Source: the human T2T-CHM13v2.0 reference genome, Homo sapiens. From it: a stretch of DNA of 64,000 nucleotides. Position numbers and translations under genes: made by a program. The stretch is taken from NCBI RefSeq assembly GCF_009914755.1, contig NC_060940.1; one strand, given 5' to 3'. Position 1 is the stretch's first letter, and each line of letters opens with the position of its first letter. The notes beneath the pieces were generated by a model. The model was not told the origin of the DNA. It was given only the letters and a program-made list of their open reading frames with translations, and searched no databases. This document shows positions 32,005 to 49,683 of the stretch, piece by piece.

Positions 32005-34239
32005 CTCCACAGCAAATCAGTCGGCAGCTGCATTTTCGGCTCCTTGAAGAGAGGCAAGGTGTGGGGGGGTGGGTCTCTCGGCAAAGGGAGGAAAGCATCC
32101 CCAAGATAGGAATCTTGCTGCCGTGGGCCCGGAGGTGCAGGCCTGTGGGTGGGCGAGGCCGGATCCTGCCTGTGCAGGGGGGCAGGTGGCCGGTGGAGGG
32201 GAGCCAGGGGTTGTGCAGGCTGCCTGGATGAGTCGGCAGCTAGGACTATGTCCTTGATGGGCCCCCAAGCACCCTGAGCCTCATAGGTCGGCTGGGTAGA
32301 GGGGACGCAGGCCAGTGCTCACAGCTGCACTATCAGAGCATGTTTCTGGGTGGCCCAGGGTCTGGCAGGCTCTTGGCACCCAGTGCCCCTCAGCTGTGGG
32401 AGCCATCTTCACTGTCCCAGACCCCAGCTCCACCCAGGGAGGGGGCAGCAGGGCGGCCGCAGAGCAGCACATTTGGCCAATCCCGTGCAGGGCTCAGCTG
32501 GGGACACAGGAGGCGCTGGCTTCAGGTCAGCCCACACCTCTCTCCTCGCTCCGCTGCCAGTGAACAGAGACACAGGCGGGGGTCTTGGCCTACGATCTGG
32601 CCCTTCTCTCTAGGCTTCCTCCCCATTTCCTGGGGGATCCTGTTCACCGGTGCGTCCAAACTCCCCAACTCCCTCAGGGCAGATGGGCTGGGTGGGGCCG
32701 GCCTTACCCGCCTCCCCTTTGCAGCAGGTCAAAGGCTCTGAGGCAGATGGAGCTTCAAGCAAACAAGGAGCCCCCAGGGCTCACCCTCTGTGGTTCCTGG
32801 TTTACTCGAAGTTCTGTCTGCCTCAGGGCCTTTGCCCCTCTTCTCCCCAGGGTTGGGGCTCCCTTCCTGCCCCCCCATCAACTCCCCTCGTCCTTGATGT
32901 TGCTCCCCCAGGGCCCCAGCCAGCCAGCTCCTGCCCTGGCCGTGACAGCTGCTATTCTGTGCCCGGCACTGTGGTGTCCCCAGCGGGTTGTTCGGCACTC
33001 CGTGGCGCAGCCACCTGTCCGCAGCCGCTCCCCTGCGGGACGTGGGCTGCCTGTGCCACGCACTGCTGGGGCCCAGCTCATGGCAAATGCAGCACTGGTG
33101 TCCTCCACGGGCCGGAACCTGTGTCTGGGGGGAGAACGCAGTGGCCGAAGGTGGGAACCATGTGGCAGTGACCAGGGTCTCGACCGCCCCCACCCCAGCA
33201 CCCCCTCAGGCTGCAGCTCCAAGGGCCCTCTGGGCAAGACAGGAACAGAAACCAAGTCTCAGGCTTCGGGACAAGCTGTGAGGCTGGCCGCCCTGCCTTG
33301 GGCTGAGGGGCCTTGTGATATGGCGTCTGTGTTTGGCCACGGCCAGGCTGACCCGCAGGCGGGAGAGATGATTGTCCCAGACTCTGCACTCTCCAGGGGT
33401 GGCCTCACGCGCTAGGACCAAGGTTTCTGAAACAAAGCCTCAGGGAAGTTCTTCCTTTTGTCTGACTTGAGTATGTCTTGCTGCTGTCGCGTTCTGACTT
33501 GGGTGGAAATGGAGAGAGGCCCCTTCTGGGGTTTCAGGGCACTCAAGGGTCTGGGGCTTGGGGCACTTGAGGGGGCCCCCAAACAGCACAGACAGCCACG
33601 GCATCACCTAAGCTTGGGGATGCCTTCCAGGCACTCCTCCGCCCAGCCACCCCCCACTTAGTCTGCTGGTATTTACTGAGCACCAGCACCCTGGCAAGTC
33701 GGGTCCTGTACCCATAGCAACTGAGGACAGACTCGGCCTTCCAGGCCCCTCCTGTAGGCAGCACAGCACTCACTGATGCCAGGTGCTTTCCTGGGTGGGG
33801 CCGGGGGCTGTGAGGAAAAGGGGTGTGTGTCCAGGGCTTCTCCTGTGGGTGGCTGCATTGGCACCGGATCCCCGGAGATGAGGCTGGGGAGGAGGCAGGG
33901 ACGCCCGGGGTTGAGGCGTCAACTCGGGGCCAGGCATGTGCCATTCCAGACCAGGTCACCCCAGGAACCCCTCCCTCCAACCACAGACACTGGCCCCTCT
34001 CTGGAGGAGGCCTGGGGAGAAGTCCGGGGCCCAGGCTGTCAGGAGGGTGTCTGGGGCTGACCCTCACGCCGCCACCAGAGGGCGCCTGGAGCCCACCGTG
34101 CTGACCCGGGGACCGCCAAGCGGCAGCAGCCCTGGACGGCTGGGTGGCTGCAGCGGCCGACCCGTGTGCCTCTCCCCACCTCTGCGAGCACCTCATGTGC
34201 TCAGCCCCAGGCCGAGTCTACCCTTTAACCTTTACGATT

Positions 34240-34866
<627 letters not shown>

Positions 34867-34869
34867 GAC

Positions 34870-35210
34870 AATTTTTATTTTTAATTGTAAGATATACATC
34901 ATAACATCTACCATTTTACCCATTTTAAAGTGTGCAGTTCCGTACTGTTGAGTACATTTGTGTTGTGTAATCAAGCTCCTGAATTCTGTCCCCATTAAGC
35001 TCCAATCCCTCATTCCCCTCCCCAGCCCCTGCTCCACTTTCTGTCCTCATGACCGTGACTACTCTAAGGTGACTCACAGAAGTGGAATCCAACAGTGTTT
35101 GTCCTTTTGTCTCTGGCTTATTTTGCTCAGCGCATAAGCCTCCAGGCTCATCCAGGCTGTAGCGGGTGTCAAGGGACCAGAACTTCATTCCTTTTTATGG
35201 CTTAATAATG
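34870..35210 (-). mobile_element. Old L1 (L1M-type) 3' fragment, resuming near 35840-35930 after the Alus
   Basis: AT-rich; gtggaatc...tttgtccttttgt...ctggcttatttt...ttcattcctttttatggct is typical of antisense L1M 3' ends. Confidence 0.7.
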
Positions 35211-35224
35211 GACCCACCGCCAGG

Positions 35225-35917
<693 letters not shown>

Positions 35918-37471
35918 CTACTTCTGACCTGCACCTCGCCCAGAGCAAGGGGCTGGCCGAGCCCAGTAGGCGCCTTGTTCCTGTTTGGCCTGGGAGGGCC
36001 CTGGGGTTGAGGGAGGGCCTGGTCAGTGGGATCCAGCCTCCCACTGCCACTGAGCCATCTGGCCTCATCTGTCCGACTGCCACTGGTGAACTCATCTGTC
36101 CACCATGAGTTTCGAGCGCCGGGTGGCAGGAGGTTTGGGGGCAGGGGACGGAATGTTCACATCTTCAGGCTGCACAGTCTATGCTGGTCCTTGCAGTCCC
36201 CGGCTAAAGCTTCTGTCGTCCGTAAGGGGTTCAGTATGTAGTGGGACCCCTTTGCTTGTGCCTTAGGCCTTCTGTGATCTGACCTGTCGTCCCCACCCAC
36301 CACCCATGCCCTGGGGTTTCACTGGGCTGCCAAGAGCTCCTTCCTCAGGCCCTTGACCCAGGCTGTCTGCTCTCCCCCATTCTCTTCCTGTCCACCTGGC
36401 CAGCCACTGCCCACTTCCTCCCATCAGGCCAACTCAGCAGTCCCGGATGCTGGGAATCCCACACTGCTCCAGCCTGAGGCTACAGTGTGTTTGCGAATCG
36501 CCTGTTTCTGCTTGTTTCATCTTGGTGGGGGCTGCTCCTGTGGCCCAGGGGTGTCCTCCCAGCTCCTGTGTCTCCACGTGCTGCAGGCCTGCAGGGGTGC
36601 CCGTGGCTGCTCCATTCACGCCCCTCCAGGAGCCCCGTCTGGCCCGGGGTCGGTCATCCGGCAACTATGGGGTGCCGCTAGGTCTGAGGAAAGGGGCCTA
36701 AGCCTGCGGGCTGCGCGCTCTTCAGCAGGACCCCCTCCTGCAGACGGCCTTACCAAAACCCGAGGCCTGGCCCCGCTCCAAGGCGCAGCCCCCAGGCCAG
36801 GCCTTCCCCGCCTCTGGAGTCATGACCCCTCTCCTCTGGGGCTCCACCGGCCTCTGGTCAGCAGGACCGGACCTGGTTGGGAGGGATGTGGCCAACAGGC
36901 CCAGGTCCCAGTGTTAGGAAGGAGCAGGCCCGGCCGCCCGCGAGGCGGAACCACCAGGTGGGCCACCTTCCCTACCGCCACCCCGAGGTTCCAGTGGACA
37001 TCAAAACCTCGGCTCCATCAGAGGCTCCAGGACTCCGATCGGGACAGCGCGGGGGGCGAGGCCAGGGTGAGGGCGCGGCGAAGGAGAGACGCACAGCGCG
37101 GGGCGGGCAAGGAGCCTCCCTTCCGCGCCAAGGCCCCCCCCAACCCTCGAGGCGCTTGGACCGTGGGATAGTCCTCCGGCGGCGCCCGAGCTCCGGCCCC
37201 GCCCCCGCTCCGCCCCGCGCCTGCTATTGGCGGAAAGTTCCGGGCCGCGCCGCGACTGGCCGACACGCCGCAGGCCCCGCCCCCTTCCCGACCCGCTCCA
37301 AGGCGGCCCCGGCGCTGGGGCTGCGCGGCAGGCGGAGCGGCCGCGGGCTTGGGGGCTTCGCCGGGGCCGGGCGGCCGGCGCCCCCGGCTGCTCCCGCCGC
37401 CGCCCGGACCCGCGCCCCGCCGGGGCAGCGGTGGTGAGAGCCCCGACTCCCCGGACGCCGCCCGCCGTGCC

Positions 37472-39569
37472 ATGGGGTTCCCGGCCGCGGCGCTGCTCTG
37501 CGCGCTGTGCTGCGGCCTCCTGGCCCCGGCTGCCCGCGCCGGCTACTCCGAGGAGCGCTGCAGCTGGAGGGGCAGGTACGGTCCGGGGGGCTGTCCCCGC
37601 ACTTAGGACGGGGTGCGCTGCGGCTAGGACCCCCCAGGCGCCCCTCGGAGCGCGCAGAGCGCTGGGCCGGTTTCCCCATCCGCGAGGCGGCCTCGGGAGG
37701 GAGCGGGGGCTGCGCCGGGCGGGGACCCGCCCCCGTCTCAGCGCCCCGTCCCGTCCTGTCCCCAGCGGCCTCACCCAGGAGCCCGGCAGCGTGGGGCAGC
37801 TGGCCCTGGCCTGTGCGGAGGGCGCGGTTGAGTGGCTGTACCCGGCTGGGGCGCTGCGCCTGACCCTGGGCGGCCCCGATCCCAGAGCGCGGCCCGGCAT
37901 CGCCTGTCTGCGGCCGGTGCGGCCCTTCGCGGGCGCCCAGGTCTTCGCGGAGCGCGCAGGGGGCGCCCTGGAGCTGCTGCTGGCCGAGGGCCCGGGCCCG
38001 GCAGGGGGCCGCTGCGTGCGCTGGGGTCCCCGCGAGCGCCGGGCCCTCTTCCTGCAGGCCACGCCGCACCAGGACATCAGCCGCCGCGTGGCCGCCTTCC
38101 GCTTTGAGCTGCGCGAGGACGGGCGCCCCGAGCTGCCCCCGCAGGCCCACGGTCTCGGCGTAGACGGTGAGTGGCGGTCTGGTTGGGACAGGGTGGGAGT
38201 CCCGAAGTCTTACCCTGCCTGGGCTTGGCGGGAATGTGCCTTGTCGGCCCCACTGCAGAAGGAAAAAGTGAGCTACAAGGGTTGGATGGGCTTGTCAGGC
38301 CACACAGCCTGGGACTGCTGGGGAGGGATGGCCTCCCCGCCCTCCCTTCCCGATTCATCTCTGGAAAGAGCTGGCAGGGGCAGAGTGGAGGGAAGGGGAG
38401 GCCGGGCCCAGCAATCCTGGGCCTCTGGTCCCTGAACGGTTGGGGGAAGAGATGGTGGGGACAGAATCGAAGCCTCCGGCCAAAGCTGTCCGGGGCTCCC
38501 TGGCCCAGCGGTGACCTCTCTCCCCTCCCCCAGCCCAACCAACAAAAGTCCAGTGTGCAGCCCGGTCACCATGGAGACGCCGCTCGCCTCCCTGCAGGGC
38601 ACCAGGCCCAGCTCTTGCTTGGCTCTCCTGGAGCTTGGCGCCTGACCCTGAAAGGGATGGGCTCTCGCTATTCTGCCCCCTGGCCCTGGGCCAGGGACCC
38701 CAGACCACCCTTCCTCTGCCCCCACTTCCTATCACCCTAGCTGGGCTGCTGCTCTTCAGACCTCAGATCCGGGAAACTAGAGGGGTCCCAGATGCTGGGG
38801 TGCATATGTCAGATGGGAGTGCAGGAGGGCGGCCCAGGACAGCTGATCGCTAGGCATGGCCCCCAGGCCCACGTCTGTGTGCATTCCTGCCTTGGAGGTA
38901 CGCGCCTGCAAGTGTGTTTCCTGAGTACAGGTGTCGCCGAGGGCGTGCACATCTGCTGTGTAGCTCTCTGGGACCCCCAGGTGCCATCAGGCCCTGAGCG
39001 TGGGCTCTGCTCATTTGCCTGCTGCCTCCTGCCGCTTGTGCGGACAAGGGACGGGGCCTGGGGTGATGCCGGGAGAGGGCAGGGCCTCTCCTCACCACCC
39101 CCTCTGCATGCCAGGTGCCTGCAGGCCCTGCAGCGACGCTGAGCTGCTCCTGGCCGCATGCACCAGCGACTTCGGTGAGTGTCCCCGCCATGGGGGGAGC
39201 CTGGAGCCTGCCTTCCCCTGAATGCCTACCGCAGCCACATGCCTCCCCACAGTAATTCACGGGATCATCCATGGGGTCACCCATGACGTGGAGCTGCAGG
39301 AGTCTGTCATCACTGTGGTGGCCGCCCGTGTCCTCCGCCAGACACCGCCGCTGTTCCAGGCGGGGCGATCCGGGGACCAGGGGCTGACCTCCATTCGTAC
39401 CCCACTGCGCTGTGGCGTCCACCCGGGCCCAGGCACCTTCCTCTTCATGGGCTGGAGCCGCTTTGGGGAGGCCCGGCTGGGCTGTGCCCCACGATTCCAG
39501 GAGTTCCGCCGTGCCTACGAGGCTGCCCGTGCTGCCCACCTCCACCCCTGCGAGGTGGCGCTGCACTGA
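37472..39569 (+). CDS. METRN: Meteorin, secreted neurotrophic factor, 293 aa
   Basis: Exons 37472-37575, 37766-38166, 39115-39174, 39253-39569 total 882 nt; signal peptide MGFPAAALLCALCC, GYSEERCSWRGSGLT...HPCEVALH*; variant signal AATAAG 39641-39646; CpG island about 36930-38170. Confidence 0.98.
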
Positions 39570-41702
39570 GGGGCTGGGTGCTGGGGAGGGGCTGGTAGGA
39601 GGGAGGGTGGGCCCACTGCTTTGGAGGTGATGGGACTATCAATAAGAACTCTGTTCACGCAAGCTGCTGTGGACCTGGTCTCCTGTGTCCAGCCCAGCCT
39701 TGGGCCTGCCTCGCAGCTGTGAGGATGGCTCCAATTCCTGCCTCCTGGCGGGAGACTGAGGCTCAGGGGAATGGTATCTTGTTCAAGACCATTTGGCAAC
39801 TGAGAGGGAGAGCAGATGTCAGGAGGAGCTACACCCACATTCCGGGGAGGGGCCGCTGCTGGGTGGGGGGCACGTGGGGACCTGCACTCATGCAAGCTTC
39901 TGCTCTGCTGCACCCACCAGCCCCGTCCTTGCCCGCACCCTTGCCTGCTTCCCTGGCTGGCTCCCACTTGCCTCCCGTGCCAGGTGCTTCTGGGGCTCAG
40001 CAGGAGAGGAAAGGGGCAGAGGGGCATAGGGTCCCTCGGGTACGGTGGGGGCAGGCGGGCGCACAGCGCTCCGGCTCTGAGCCAGGCCTGTGAGGGAAGG
40101 GGCTGCAGGCTGGCAGGGTGCCGACTTCCCCCATGGCTGCTGTGAGCCCGCAGAGTCATCCTTGGCCCCGTCCCGCCCTTGGGGAAGAATGGGCCCCTCT
40201 GTCCTCAGGCCCCTTCGACGTGCTGAGCATCCAGACGTGGCGAGGAGCCCGAAGGGTGTGGGGTCCCCTCTGCAGGGTCCTGCTTGTTGCCTGTTTCCGG
40301 CGGGCGGGGTGCACAATGGGGTCTCTAAGGACCGTTTCCCGCCACTGGCCCCATTGTCACTGTCTCCGCCTTCCTCCTCGGCCTTTCAGCCGCATAAAGG
40401 GCCAGTGAGGTTTGGGACAGCCACAGCCCAAGGCTCCGAGGCTAAAAGCCCCTGGGTGGGGGTGTTCCAGGACACCTGGCCCTGTGTGAGCTGCCTCCTC
40501 TCACCCCAACCCCTCGGATCCTGGGAAAGAGACAGCCATGGCTCAAGGGCCAGGGACCCCTGGGCTGAGCCCCAGAAATGGCTTTCCATTCTCGCCTGGG
40601 CCGGGGTGGGGGTGGAGGCCAGAGGCCCTGCCCAGGCAGATGAAGCCCCCAGCTTTCAAGGGGGAAACTGAGGCTGTGTGAGGGACACAGCTGTGCAGGG
40701 CCCACAAACACGGTCCTTTCTCTAGGTTAGCGGATGCAGATGCCTGATGAGTGCCATGCCCTCTGTGGACACCTGGGGAGGGGGGTCACCTCCAGCGCCG
40801 CCCTGGGACTTCCACTGCACGTGCAAGAGACTTACCCTTTCACACAGATCACCTGCCTGCCGCAGGGCTGATGAGGATGGGTGAGGAGCGCAGCCACTGG
40901 GTGTCATGCACTGTGGGGGTTCTCCCACCTTCTGCCCCTCCTCAGGTTCCTTGCTGCTTCTCTCCTCTCCCAACTGTGGCACGCTGAGGGCTCAGGCACA
41001 GGACCGCTCCTCTGGGGCAGCCTCCAATAACCCTTGGACAACCTCCACTTTTTCATCTTCAGCCCTGACCACTCCCTGGGGCCCATAGCCTTACATCCAT
41101 CTGCCCCCAGCCCAAACACTTCTGCAAACACTAGAAAAGGAGGTAGCCCGTGTGCCCTCCTGCACCGCCTCCTCCACTCCTGTCTTGGAGAGGCTTTCCC
41201 GTGGGCCGAGCAACCCCCTTACCTTTGGCACTTGCCCTGATTCTCTGGCCAGCTTCCTACAACCTCTCCTTTTCAGCCACACCCAAGTCCACCTGTTCAC
41301 AAACACCCTGGGCTGGGCCCTGGCCGAACCCTGGCTTCTACCTACCTGTCTCAGGAAGTGCCTGAGCCTTGCACCTACAGACCCTCCCAGAGAAAGCCCT
41401 GGCTTTGCAACCAGCTGTCTTCTCATGAGACACAGGGCCACAGGAGCACCACGGTGCCCAAATGGGTCTTGGAGCATTAGACCAGGGGCTTCATGCCTGC
41501 CCTGGGGACAGGTGGCCAAAGTGGCATGGGAGATAGGGAGACAGTGTGGGTGAGCAGGTGGGCAGGAGCTACAGGAGCCTGGGGCCTGTGGATCACAGAC
41601 ACCGCCAGGCAAGTGCCAGTTCACACAGGTACAGGTGGCTGCAGAGTGCCCAAAGGCCAAGCAGCAGAGTGCCTGGTGTGGACGGGAGAGGAGTGGGGAG
41701 GT

Positions 41703-42005
41703 TGGGCGCAGTGGCTCACGCCTGTAATCCCAACACTTTGGGAGGCCCAGGCAAGCAGATCATGAGGTCAGGAGATGGAGACCATCCTGGCCAACATGGT
41801 GAAACCGTCTCTAATAAAACACAAAAAATTAGCCAGACATGGTGGCATGCATCTGTAATCCCAGCTACTCAAAAGGCTGAGGCAGAGGAATCACTTGAAC
41901 CTGGAAGGCAGAGGTTGCAGTGAGCCAAGACTGCGCCACTGCACTCCAACCTGGGCGAAAGAGCGAGACTCAAGTCTCAAAAAAAAAAAAAAAAAAAAAA
42001 AAAAG
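41703..42005 (+). mobile_element. Alu
   Basis: Sense Alu with long A-tail. Confidence 0.95.
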
Positions 42006-43448
42006 AAGAGTGGAGAGTGCACGCTAGAGTCCAATTAGGTGCATTCATCCAGTAAGCCTCCTAGGTAACTGCTCTAGGTGCAGGGAATAATGCAGGCAGC
42101 AGGACAGGAATGGGCGCTGTCAGCTCCCCCTAGAGCTCAGTGTACATACACCCTTCCTTTCCTGGGAGGGCCGTTCCAGGCCCCCAGGAGACAGGACACG
42201 CTGAGCTGGGTGGGGCTGGGGCCAACGTGGGCAGGCCTGTGAGACTCTGCACTTGGGAGCTGGGGGCTGTGGTCTGCGGCATACCCATGTCTGGAAGCAG
42301 CCTCTGTCCCTGCAGGGGCTCTAGACCCCAGCCACGGATGGCTAAGGAGGAGCTAGGCCAGGGCACGCATAGACAACCCCCGACATTCACGGGTGTTCAG
42401 CCCTACCCTGGGTGTGGAGGTCGTGGCCCAGCTGCCTGACCCAGAGCTCGGCTCTTCCACTTGCGCTTCCCACCCCCAGCTTCACAAGGTCACCTCCAGG
42501 AACTCAGTCTTTTTGTGTGTTGTTTTCTGGAGAAGGAAGGTGATCTCCCCACTCCCGGGGCTGTCTGCCTTCCCTGTAGCTGGCAGGTGCCAGAGGCCCC
42601 CGCCTGTGACATCCGGCTTTCCTCCCACCACACTCGCCTGAGAGCCAGCATCTGTCTTCTCGGGCCTGCTCAAGCTCTCCTCCGTGTCAGCCCCTCCTCC
42701 ATGCCCTTCTCCCTCAGACCCCACCCCCCATCCCTTCACCGCCCACTGGGGCTCATCGCTCAGGCTGTAGGAGGGAAATGGAAGGATGTCCTCCCGGGCT
42801 CTGGCTGGCGCTGGGTGTCCGAGTCAGCGGAGCGCCCCCAGCAGTCTCCCCGAGGCAGAGTCATGGGGGTGCTGGCGCCTGGACGCTGTCTCATCCCGGG
42901 GAGCCGCTTTCCCACCGGCTCCCTGGGCTCCAGCCGCCCCACGCGAGCCCCCGGCTGGTTCTGGGGCCAGGACCGCCCCTCTCCAAGGCAGACTTCCCTT
43001 CATTCCACGACAAAGACGCGCAGCCCCGTTTCCCTGGGGCTCTAGCCCGTGAGATCGCCGGGTGTATCCCGACTCCCGCCGGCACGTGCGCTCCCCCAGG
43101 GCAGGGCCTGCCTGTCCCCTTCCGCGGGTCGCCAGCAGCCAGCACAGGCCGCAAACAGCGGTCCGCAGAGCGGACCAACGGAGCCGACCCTCGCAGGCTT
43201 GGAGCCGGACGCGGCGGGGCAGAGCCCCCGAGGCTGCAGCTCGCCGGAACCCGCGGGAGGGCAGCCGGGCTGGGCGGAGCGAACAGCGCCACGGACCGAC
43301 CGCGCAGGCTCTGCCGGCCACTTCCGGTGTCGCGCGGCGGCTCCCGGCAGGAGGGAGAGGGCACACCGCCAGCCCCAGGCCAGGCTGCGAGGGCCGCGGA
43401 CCCGAGCTGGGAAGGACCTTGGGCGGACGAGCCGCGCGTCCCGCAGCC

Positions 43449-44731
43449 ATGGAGCAGGATGACCCGGTCGAGGCGCTGACGGAGCTGCGCGAGCGGCGGC
43501 TGGGCGCGCTGGAGCTGCTGCAGGCGGCGGCCGGCTCGGGCTTGGCAGCCTACGCGGTGTGGGCGCTGCTGCTCCAGCCCGGCTTCCGGCGCGTGCCGCT
43601 GCGGCTGCAGGTGCGGGGCGGGGCCAGGCCGGGCAGGGGAGCTCGGCTGCCGCTCAGGGTCTCAAGGTCTGGGCGTGGCCGGGGTGAGCTCCGCCCCGCC
43701 GTGTGGTAGTTCGGGCCGGGCTGCGGGCGGGGCGGGAGCGGCCAGTGGACTCTCGCCGCCACCCGGTCCAGGTGCCCTACGTCGGCGCGAGCGCGCGGCA
43801 GGTGGAGCACGTGTTGTCGCTGCTGCGAGGACGCCCCGGAAAAACGGTGGATCTGGGCTCTGGCGACGGCAGGATCGTAAGTGCCTGCGTCTGGGTCTTC
43901 GCCGCCCCACACCGCCCACCTGCCGGCGGGCGCCCCTGCCCACATCCTGGTTCCCACACTCTCGGTGCCCACAGGTGCTGGCGGCCCACAGGTGCGGCCT
44001 CCGCCCGGCCGTGGGCTACGAGCTGAACCCCTGGCTGGTGGCGCTGGCGCGGCTGCACGCCTGGAGGGCCGGCTGTGCCGGCAGCGTCTGCTATCGCCGC
44101 AAGGATCTCTGGAAGGTAACCTGGGGATCCCTGGCCACCCGCTGACAGCCCAAGGTGCGGCTGACACCTGCGAGGGCTGGGGGCCGGGACTCGGAAGCTG
44201 CGATGACCCGGTGCCCACCAGGCCTCTCCCCGGCTGGGGCGACTTCTCTTCCGGCAGGTGAGCCTGAGGGACTGCCGCAACGTGTCTGTGTTCCTGGCCC
44301 CTAGCGTGGTAGGTCCGGGGTTGCCAGCCCCGCTGGGAAGCCCCAGCCACACCCCAGGGTGTTTGCTGCTCTGAGGCCTGGGCCTGCCTGGTGGGTGCTA
44401 GGCTTGGGGCTAGGGGGGTGAGCGCGGCTGTTTTCTACCGGCCCCGCCCCCGCCCCCTCTACTCTGCTGTTCTCTCCCTCAGCTCCCGCTGCTGGAGGAC
44501 AAGCTGCGGACAGAGCTGCCTGCTGGGGCCCGCGTGGTGTCTGGGCGCTTCCCACTCCCCACCTGGCAGCCTGTGACCGCGGTTGGCGAGGGCCTGGACC
44601 GAGTATGGGCTTATGATGTTCCTGAGGGTGGGCAGGCTGGGGAGGCCGCCTCCTCGCGGATACCCATCCAGGCTGCCCCCGGACCTAGTTCTGCCCCCAT
44701 CCCGGGGGGCCTTATTTCTCAGGCCAGCTGA
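43449..44731 (+). CDS. ANTKMT: Adenine nucleotide translocase lysine methyltransferase (FAM173A), 235 aa
   Basis: Exons 43449-43610, 43772-43876, 43975-44115, 44258-44308, 44483-44731 total 708 nt; SAM motif [11 protein letters not shown] and GYELNPWLV; variant signal GATAAA 44743-44748. Confidence 0.97.
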
Positions 44732-44851
44732 GTATTAGACACGATAAAGACTCTGTGGGTTCTATCCTGACTCATGTTTTATGGGGGGCTGGGTGGGAGG
44801 GTTCTGTGCTGGCTGAGGAGCTCTGCTCTGCTCTGCTCCTTGGGAGACGGC

Positions 44852-48544
<3,693 letters not shown>

Positions 48545-48599
48545 CTAGGGAACCCTGGCCAGCTCCGAGCCCGGTGCTGCCTCCACGCCCGGCTTCCCC

Positions 48600-49320
48600 A
48601 TGGCTGCTGCTGCCACTGGCACTGCTAAGTGCGTTGCCAAGGCCTCTGTTGGTCCCAGGTGACTCCCAGGGCACCGCCCACAGGGGCCGGCCAGACCGGT
48701 GGTTGCTGAGGAGGGAGGATAGCTCTTCCTCTCTCCATGCCTCCGTTTCCCCATCTGGGGAATGCGGCCCAGCGCCCCCTGCACATACCCTGTGCAGATG
48801 GAACCAGGTGCGTGAAAGCGCCCAGCCTGGGCGCAGCGGACGAGCACGCGGAACGGAGCGGCAGCCCGCCCGCAGGATGCCCTGAGCTACACTCGCTGGA
48901 CACCTTCTGTGTACCTAGCAGTGCTGGCTGAGCCCCGGGACGGGGGAAGTATATCTCTGCACCTCTGGCCTGAGAAGAGGGGCGCAGACGTCCCCATCAG
49001 GGGCCGGAGAACTCGGAAACGACTGGCTCAGCCGGGGCGTCGGGAGGGCTTCCTGGAGGAGGTGCCAGCGCCGGGCGCGGCGGGGTCGGAGCGTGCGCGT
49101 GGCGCCCCACCGGGCACGCGCACCGCCGGCGGGCCTTGTGGTCTCATCGCGCGCAGGATCCGGGCCGGGCGGGGGCGGGGGCGGGGCGCGTCCGCGGAGG
49201 GGGGCGGTTGGCGGCTCCCGAGCCCAGCGCCGCGCTCAGTCCGGACCCCGTGACCGGCGGCCGACGCCCCGCCTCCGTCAGTCTGTCCTTCGGGCCCTCA
49301 GCGCAGCCGTGCCGGTGAGG
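48600..49320. promoter_or_regulatory. Divergent CCDC78/HAGHL promoter; HAGHL non-coding exon 1 donor at 49314
   Basis: Head-to-head genes, CpG island, GC boxes near 49170-49190, donor CCG|GTGAGG. Confidence 0.65.
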
Positions 49321-49683
49321 CGGGCGGCGGGGGAACGCGGCTGTCCCGGGTCAGGGGTCTTGCGGCGGCAGGGCGGGGGGCCGAGGGGCGGGGCCTGGGA
49401 GGAAGGCGTGGCCTTTGGGGACTGGGGCTCGGACTGGGGGCGGAGCCGGGGCTGGTTGGGGACCGGCCGGGTTCCGCTCCTGCTGGAGCCCGGTGCGTGG
49501 AATTCCACGCGAGTGCCGGGGAGTTCCTGGGGAGCCGGGCTTCTCTTTTGGCCCCCAGCGTGTTGACCGAGCCCGCTTCGCACAGCCCTTCCTAGGGTGT
49601 GGAGAGCGGGCCCCGCCCTGAAGGGGCACCGTGGGCTGGGGGGCCTGTTTTGGAGCAGGCACCGGTGGCCGAGCTCCGTGACC

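Noticed and set aside
32585-33415. 276-aa intergenic ORF
   Set aside because: Non-ATG start, no motif, and no promoter or poly(A) support.
43062-43448. In-frame upstream extension of ANTKMT
   Set aside because: Non-ATG start inside the CpG promoter, upstream of the ETS site near 43320 and so probably upstream of the TSS.
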